64,000 nt of DNA from Candidatus Fervidifonticultor sextus (GTDB lineage: Bacteria; Sysuimicrobiota; Sysuimicrobiia; Sysuimicrobiales; Humicultoraceae). The notes under the pieces are model-generated. The model worked only from the letters and a program-made list of their open reading frames with translations, had not been told where the DNA came from and made no database searches. Of this stretch, positions 58,238 through 64,000 are shown one piece after another (position 1 is the first letter of the stretch; every line of letters begins with the position of its first letter). Location: positions 34,842-98,841 of the forward strand of contig JAVKHQ010000007.1 of NCBI GenBank assembly GCA_031459875.1, in the 5' to 3' direction. The translations under genes and the position numbers were made by a program.

Positions 58238-59410
58238 TCACGCACGAAGAGGAAGCGCCACCGTAAACGTGCTCCCCTCCCCCACCCGGCTCGCCACCCA
58301 CACCCGCCCGCCGTGGGCCTCGACCAGCGACTTCACGATCGCCAGGCCCAGGCCCGCGCCGCCGCTGGCGCGCGACCGCGACGCATCCAGCCGGTAGAAG
58401 CGGTCGAAGACGCGCTCCAGCTCCTCCGGCGGGATCCCGGGGCCGGTGTCGGCGACCGTCAGACGCACCTCCGCACCGGCGGCCTCCAGCCCCACGGTGA
58501 TCGTCCCTCCGGGCGGCGTGTGCCGGAGGGCGTTGTCCAGCAGGTTGTGGACGACCTGCATCAGGCGGTCGCGGTCCACCGGCACCGGCGGGAGTCCCGG
58601 CGTCAGGCGGCTTTGAATGTCGACGCCCTTCTCGTTCGCGTGCGGCTGGACCACCGCCACCGCGTCCGCCACCAGCGCCGCCAGGTCGGTCGGCGCACGG
58701 GTCAGCACCAGTCGGCCGGCCTGCGCCAGCGAGAGGTCGCGCAGGTCGTCCACGAGGCGCGCCAGCAGCCCGACCTGGGTGTGCAACGCGGCCAGGCGGT
58801 CCGGGGCGACCTCCACGACGCCGTCCAGCATCCCCTCCAGGTTGGCCTGGAGGACAGACAGCGGCGTGCCGAGTTCGTGAGCGATATCCGCCACCAGGTG
58901 GCGCCGGCTCTCCTCCAGGCGCCGGAGGTCCGCGGTCATCGCGTTGAAGGCCCGCGCCAGATTCCCCAGTTCGTCATCGGACGGCACGGGAACCTCGTGC
59001 GCGAGATCGCCCCGGCCGACTCGCGCCGCGGCCGCCGACATCTGGCGCAGCGGCGCGGTCAAGTAGCGCGCCACGACGATCCCCAGCAGCACCGCGGCCA
59101 GGACGCCGGCCATCGCCGCCTGCCACGTGGCCCGGCGCAACTGGGCCAGGAAGCGCGCCTCCGGGGCGCCCATGACGCGCCGCATCATGGTGCGCATGGC
59201 TCCCGGATCGGTCATGTGGGGCATCCGCGGCGGCAACTGGGGCCGCGGCCCCACGTCGCCCGGGGCGGGCGGTCCCATCATCGGCATGCCGAAGAAGTAG
59301 CGGTCGAACTCCGCGCGGATCGCGGCGCCGGTCAGCGCGGCCACCGACGCGATGGACACCAGCGCCACGGCCGCGAAGGCCAGGATCAGGCGGCCCTGCA
59401 GGCTCCTCAC
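58238..59410 (-). CDS. HAMP sensor histidine kinase (BaeS-like) with Met-rich sensor loop
   Basis: AHELGTP, NLLDNA, DTGPGI, GAGLGL; 2 TM. Confidence 0.95.
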   Translation of the reverse strand: MRSLQGRLILAFAAVALVSIASVAALTGAAIRAEFDRYFFGMPMMGPPAPGDVGPRPQLPPRMPHMTDPGAMRTMMRRVMGAPEARFLAQLRRATWQAAMAGVLAAVLLGIVVARYLTAPLRQMSAAAARVGRGDLAHEVPVPSDDELGNLARAFNAMTADLRRLEESRRHLVADIAHELGTPLSVLQANLEGMLDGVVEVAPDRLAALHTQVGLLARLVDDLRDLSLAQAGRLVLTRAPTDLAALVADAVAVVQPHANEKGVDIQSRLTPGLPPVPVDRDRLMQVVHNLLDNALRHTPPGGTITVGLEAAGAEVRLTVADTGPGIPPEELERVFDRFYRLDASRSRASGGAGLGLAIVKSLVEAHGGRVWVASRVGEGSTFTVALPLRA

Positions 59411-60108
59411 GAGACGGGCTCCCGGCCCGGTTCCGCCAGGCGGTACCCGGCACCGTGGACCGTGAGGATGTAGCGGGGCCGGTGAGGCTCGGGCTCGAGT
59501 TTCTGCCGCAGGTTCTTGATGTGCGCGTCGATGGTGCGGTCGTAGCCCTCGAAGGCGTGGCCGTAGACCAGGTCGATCAACTGCAGCCGGGTGAAGACGC
59601 GGCCCGGGGCGCGCGCCAGCGCCGCCAGGAGCCTGAATTCGGTGGCCGTGAGGTTGATGGCCTCCTCGCCGCGGCGCACTTCCATGCGGGCCAAGTCGAT
59701 GGTCAGGTCGCCCACCGCGAGCACCTCAGGGGCTGTCTCGCCGCTGGTGCGCCGCAGCACCGCCCGGACCCGTGCCACGACCTCGCGGGGGGAGAACGGT
59801 TTGGTGATGTAGTCGTCGGCACCCAGGCCCAGCCCCACCAGGCGGTCCACTTCGTCGCCGCGCGCGGTCAGCATGATGATGGGCGTGCTGCCTGCCGCGC
59901 GGATCCGACGGGCGACCTCCCACCCGTCCACTTCGGGCAGCATGAGATCCAGCAGGACGAGGTGCGGCTTCTCGCGCTGAAACGCCGCCAGCGCCGCCCG
60001 GCCGTCGGCGGCGCTGATGACGCGGTAGCCGTCCTGCTCGAGGTACCGGCGGACCACATCGGTGATCTCGGGCTCGTCGTCCACGACGAGAATCGTCCGG
60101 CCCCGCAC
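59407..60108 (-). CDS. OmpR-family response regulator
   Basis: VVDDE, LDLMLP, GADDYITKPF, RTIDAHIKNLR. Confidence 0.96.
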   Translation of the reverse strand: MRGRTILVVDDEPEITDVVRRYLEQDGYRVISAADGRAALAAFQREKPHLVLLDLMLPEVDGWEVARRIRAAGSTPIIMLTARGDEVDRLVGLGLGADDYITKPFSPREVVARVRAVLRRTSGETAPEVLAVGDLTIDLARMEVRRGEEAINLTATEFRLLAALARAPGRVFTRLQLIDLVYGHAFEGYDRTIDAHIKNLRQKLEPEPHRPRYILTVHGAGYRLAEPGREPVS

Positions 60109-60140
60109 GTCGCGTCACCGACCTCGGTCCGCGTGTGCCT

Positions 60141-60653
60141 TCATGGGGTGACCACGATCCGCCCGACCATCCCGGCCTCCCGGTGCCCCGGGACGCTGCA
60201 GAAGAACTCGTACTCCCCGGGCACGTCGGACCTGAACCCGCTGACCACCGCCCGTCCCGGCGGCGCGACGAGCCAGATCCCCTGGGACGGGACCACGAGA
60301 TCGTGCGCCGTCACGCCCTGGTTGACGAGCCGGAGGTTGACCACCTCGCCGGCCCTGACGCGGACTTCGGCGGGATTGAAAGCGAAGTCGGTGGCGACGA
60401 CATCGACGGTGCGGGCGCCGGCCACCGGCGGCAGCGCTCCCCGGCCGGGCCCGGGCGCCGACCACGGCCCGTACATGTGGTGGGGGCCGAATCCAGGCAT
60501 CATCGGGCCGTGCGGCCATCCCCACCAGCCCCAGCCGCCTGGCCAGACGTCATCGGTCTGCGTCCAGCCCGCGATGCCCGAGACCACCAGCCCGCCGACG
60601 CCGATGGCAATCAGGACGATGCCCACAAGAAGCGTGCCGGAGATCTTCCCCAT
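60141..60653 (-). CDS. Membrane-anchored cupredoxin
   Basis: Type-1 Cu ligands H...CSVPGHREAGM; Gly/Met/His-rich linker. Confidence 0.88.
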   Translation of the reverse strand: MGKISGTLLVGIVLIAIGVGGLVVSGIAGWTQTDDVWPGGWGWWGWPHGPMMPGFGPHHMYGPWSAPGPGRGALPPVAGARTVDVVATDFAFNPAEVRVRAGEVVNLRLVNQGVTAHDLVVPSQGIWLVAPPGRAVVSGFRSDVPGEYEFFCSVPGHREAGMVGRIVVTP

Positions 60654-60663
60654 GGCGCCGCTC

Positions 60664-61020
60664 CTAGGACAGTTCCTTCTTGAGGGCCTCGTACTCGTCG
60701 CGGCTGATCTCGCCCTTCGCCAGCCGGCGCTTGAGAATGTCCAGCGGTGCCTCGGCCTGGCCCGCCGACGGCCCGACCCCCTCCCGCCGGGTCAATGCCA
60801 CCACGGCGAGCACGATGCCGGCCAGGATCAGCAGCCCGAAGAGCCCGCCGAGGAAGGGCATCCCCCACCCCGCGCCCCACCGGCCGCCGGACCACGGGCC
60901 CATCATGCCCGGCCCCATCATCCCCCAGCCGCCCATCATGCCGAAGCCGCCCAGCAGCGGCAGAAGGATCAGCACGCCGATCACGACCAGCGCCACGATC
61001 CCGAGATCCCGACCGCTCAT
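60664..61020 (-). CDS. SHOCT-domain membrane protein, GMM-rich
   Basis: GMMGGWGMMGPGMMG; PLDILKRRLAKGEISRDEYE. Confidence 0.88.
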   Translation of the reverse strand: MSGRDLGIVALVVIGVLILLPLLGGFGMMGGWGMMGPGMMGPWSGGRWGAGWGMPFLGGLFGLLILAGIVLAVVALTRREGVGPSAGQAEAPLDILKRRLAKGEISRDEYEALKKELS

Positions 61021-61096
61021 CGCGCTCACCTCGCCTGGATGGGGGAAGCCGCCCGGGCTGGCTCCCCCGGATTGTAGTTCCTCTCGTGCAGGCCTC

Positions 61097-61843
61097 CTAC
61101 GGGATCGCTTGCTCCCGGATCACCGTGCCGTAGTGCCACGCATACCACACCTGACCACCGAACGCATGAACGCTCGCCAGCGCGAAGGTCTTGCCGTCGC
61201 GCACGAGCCGGTAGGTGAAGAATCCCGGAAACTCCACGACCTTTCCGATCCCCGCTCCGGGGAACGCCTGAGCGACCCACGTCTGTAGCACCGCCCGGGC
61301 CCTGCTCTCGTCCAGTGGAGTCACCGCCGGACGGACCGGCGCGCCGGGAGCCGGCGGCGTGCCGGGACCTGCTCCCCACCCTGCTGCGCCGGGGCCGTAC
61401 CCCCAACCCATCATCCCGACACCCATCATACCCGGTCCGTGGCCCCAAAACCCGCCGGCCCAGGGCCCGTACTTCGTGTTCCACATCGCCGGCGGACCCA
61501 TCTCGGGCGCGACGTTGCCGTTCCACAGGTTGACCAGGAGCGCGAAGGCGCCCTTGCCGGTGGCCTTCTCCTGGACGACCACATAGAACACGTTGGAGAA
61601 CTCGATGATCTCGGCCGGGACCAGATCGGGGTTGCGGTACTGAGCGAGGTACTGGCGGACGCGGGCTGTAGCCTGGTCCACGGTGAGCGCAGGCCCGGGC
61701 GGCCGGGTACCGGCCTGCGCACCGATCCCGTACATCCTGCCCGGCCCGTACATGCCCCCGGGGCCCCACATCTGTGCCCACGCCGGCGTGGCCCCAGCGG
61801 CCACCAGCACCAGGACGCCCACGATTGCGATTGCGCGCACCAT
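61097..61843 (-). CDS. Secreted GMM-rich protein with two PepSY-like repeats
   Basis: Signal peptide; EFSNVFY/EFPGFFT repeats; MWNTKYG; GMMG motifs. Confidence 0.75.
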   Translation of the reverse strand: MVRAIAIVGVLVLVAAGATPAWAQMWGPGGMYGPGRMYGIGAQAGTRPPGPALTVDQATARVRQYLAQYRNPDLVPAEIIEFSNVFYVVVQEKATGKGAFALLVNLWNGNVAPEMGPPAMWNTKYGPWAGGFWGHGPGMMGVGMMGWGYGPGAAGWGAGPGTPPAPGAPVRPAVTPLDESRARAVLQTWVAQAFPGAGIGKVVEFPGFFTYRLVRDGKTFALASVHAFGGQVWYAWHYGTVIREQAIP

Positions 61844-61911
61844 CTCTCCATCCTCCCTTCAGGGCTGGACTTGTGCCGAGTCCCACGCTAGCGGGGCGCC
61901 GTGGAGGGGTC

Positions 61912-61938
61912 GTGAACCGGTTGTGAATGTCTTGTGAA
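61912..61938 (-). promoter_or_regulatory. OmpR-type direct-repeat boxes
   Basis: GTGAA (TTCAC on minus) at 61912, 61923 and 61934, 11-bp period. Confidence 0.7.
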
Positions 61939-62004
61939 CGGGGCGGCGGGCGGATGGCGCGGTCCTTCGCGAAAGCCCTGGTACAATAGGGGTGTGGTGG
62001 GCCT

Positions 62005-63078
62005 ATGAGCCCGGTGACCGGGACCGCTTTGGACCTGGCCGCAGTCCTCGACGCCAGGACCACCGAGGGCACGCTCTACGAGCGCCTGGACGACGACAAA
62101 GTCCGGTGCCTCGCCTGCGGGCACCGGTGCGTCATCTTCCCCGGTCGCCGCGGCATCTGCCAGGTGCGCTTCAACGAAGGCGGCAGGCTGCGCGTGCCGT
62201 GGGGCTACGTCGCGGCCCTGCAGTGCGATCCCACGGAGAAGAAACCCTTCTTCCATCTGCTGCCGGGATCGAAGACGCTGACCTTCGGCATGCTGGGCTG
62301 CGACCTGCACTGCCCCTACTGCCAGAACTGGCTGACCTCTCAGGCCCTGCGGGACCCCGTCGCCGGCATCCTGCCCGACGACGTCTCCCCCGAGCAGCTC
62401 GTCGCCCTCGCCCGCCGTCACGGCGCGCGGCTTCTCGGCAGTTCGTACAACGAGCCGCTGATCACCACCGAGTGGGCGGTGTGCGTGTTCAGGATGGCGC
62501 GGGAGGCCGGCCTGCGGACCTGCTTCATCAGCAACGGCAACGCCACGCGGGAGGTCCTGACGTTCCTCCGTCCCTGGTGCGACGGGTACAAGATCGACCT
62601 CAAGACCATGAACCAGAAGGGCTACCGCCAGCTGGGCGGGGTCCTCGACCGCGTGCTGGACACGATCAAGATGGTCTTCGGGTTGGGGTTCTGGATGGAG
62701 ATCGTCACGCTGGTGATCCCGGGCTGGAACGATTCGGAAGAGGAACTGGGGGCCGCGGCCGAGTTCATCGCGTCGGTCTCGCCGGACATCCCCTGGCATG
62801 TGACGGCCTTTCATCCCGACTACAAGATGCAGGACTACGACTCCACCTCGGCCGCCACGCTGGTGAGGGCAGCCCGCCTCGGGCAGGCGGCCGGCCTGCG
62901 CTACGTCTACGCCGGCAACCTCCCCGGACGGGTCGGCGAGTTCGAGTCCACGTTCTGCCCGAACTGCCGCGCGCTGCTCGTCGAGCGCCGGGGGTACCAC
63001 ATCCTCCAGAACCACCTGTCGGCGACGGCCGGCCGCTGCCCGCGCTGCGGGTTCCAGATCCCCGGCATCTGGGCGTAG
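62005..63078 (+). CDS. amrS: AmmeMemoRadiSam system radical SAM enzyme
   Basis: CLACGHRC, DPTEKKPFFH, GCDLHCPYCQNW, SYNEP, YVYAGN, CPNC/CPRC; TGgTACAAT upstream. Confidence 0.92.
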   Translation: MSPVTGTALDLAAVLDARTTEGTLYERLDDDKVRCLACGHRCVIFPGRRGICQVRFNEGGRLRVPWGYVAALQCDPTEKKPFFHLLPGSKTLTFGMLGCDLHCPYCQNWLTSQALRDPVAGILPDDVSPEQLVALARRHGARLLGSSYNEPLITTEWAVCVFRMAREAGLRTCFISNGNATREVLTFLRPWCDGYKIDLKTMNQKGYRQLGGVLDRVLDTIKMVFGLGFWMEIVTLVIPGWNDSEEELGAAAEFIASVSPDIPWHVTAFHPDYKMQDYDSTSAATLVRAARLGQAAGLRYVYAGNLPGRVGEFESTFCPNCRALLVERRGYHILQNHLSATAGRCPRCGFQIPGIWA

Positions 63079-63285
63079 GCCGACGCCGGAGAACCGGGCT
63101 TCGGCAGGAGGGCGGGGGTGTGATGCGCGGCCCGCCCGGCACCTGAGATCCCCTGGTCCCGAAGGCGCGGGCACGCCTGGACCGACGGCTGGCAGTATCT
63201 GCCGGAGCGGATCGTCGGCAGGACGAGCCGGGACATCGAGGCCAACGAGGTAAGGACTTCTTCAGGCGCCACAGGGTCAGGTGGT

Positions 63286-63522
63286 GATGTCGACCTGAGT
63301 GCCATTGAAGCCGTCTACGAGGACGAGCTGCGTGGGGGTCCACCGTACCACCCGGCGATGATGGTCAAGGTGCTGCTGGACGCGTACACCCAGGGAGTGT
63401 ACGCCTCGCGGCGGATTGCGCGGCGGCTGCACGAGGATGTCGCCTTCCGCGTGCTGGCGGCGGGGAACGCCCCGGACTTCCGGACGATCAGCGACTTTCG
63501 CCAGCGCCACCCAGGCGGATGA
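63286..63522 (+). mobile_element. IS1182-family transposase N-terminal fragment
   Basis: DLSAIEAVY..GGPPYHPAMMVKVLL.AY.QGV.ASRRIAR...DVAFR......PDFRTISDFR. Confidence 0.85.
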
Positions 63523-63843
63523 GCTGGTGAGCGCCTTGGGCATCACCAGATGCGGCCAGACGGTGATGCGGGGGTTGTGCAGACGGCGACGGAGCACCGC
63601 ACGGTGTGCGCGGCCTTCCTGCGAGAGCTGGTGGCCCGCAGCCTGCGGGCTGACCAGGGCCTGCTGGTGGTGATCGATGGCGGCAAGGGGCTGCGGGCCG
63701 AGGTGCAGGAGGTAGTCGGGGCAGCGGCCCAGGTCCAGCGGTGCCAGTGGCACAAGCGAGAGAACATGGCGGCCCCTCTGTCCAAGGGCCAGCAGGCGAC
63801 CTGGCGGGCCAAACTGCAACGGAGGTACCAGCAGCCGACCTAG
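63523..63843 (+). mobile_element. IS256-family transposase internal fragment
   Basis: FLRELVAR.L....LLVVIDGGKGLR...VQRCQWHKREN. Confidence 0.85.
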
Positions 63844-63845
63844 GC

Positions 63846-64000
63846 TGTCCAGTTTCGGAAGGGTGTGCACACATCAGGCATGAGCGAGGTGGTCACGGTC
63901 ATCCCTCCCGGCGACGCCCCAGAACATCTCGGCGGGTGGCCGACCGTGGGTGCGGTAGCCCAGGTGCGGCCGGCGGTAGTTGTAGAACTCGAGGTACCGA
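63846..64000 (-). mobile_element. IS481-like element right end (transposase C-terminus 63874-63999, partial)
   Basis: RYLEFYNYRRPHLGY...GRPP; element end starts TGT(CCAG...) on the + strand. Confidence 0.7.

Overview
A GC-rich (roughly 70% by eye) bacterial chromosomal window, probably from a diderm; the gene style would fit an Armatimonadota/CSP1-3-like thermophile, but that is inference only. It is mostly metabolic and transport operons: a GT-C/methyltransferase/ANL-ligase/GT2 glycan cluster, a LacI-controlled isomerase-ribulokinase-TRAP sugar cluster, four minor pilins, an Lrp/racemase/peptide-ABC/M28 operon, an NitT/TauT-type ABC pair, modAB, an Aap-type amino-acid ABC, galTK, a Met-rich copper-type two-component module and an AmmeMemoRadiSam radical SAM gene. 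It also holds tRNA-Ala(TGC) and tRNA-Asn(GTT), three intact and one decayed type II TA modules, many short gene relics and three IS fragments at the right end. The most interesting observations are: (1) an intact but apparently catalytically dead SbcD/Mre11-like gene coupled to a membrane-anchored SbcC/YhaN-like ATPase; (2) a TA-like two-gene unit of an RHH-DUF5678-like protein and a retropepsin-like protease with an operator over its promoter; (3) an unannotated ~186-nt rod-shaped RNA candidate (6S-like) upstream of ybaK; (4) a collapsed ~1.45-kb integrative island at tRNA-Ala. All calls come from motif recognition by eye; no database search was run.
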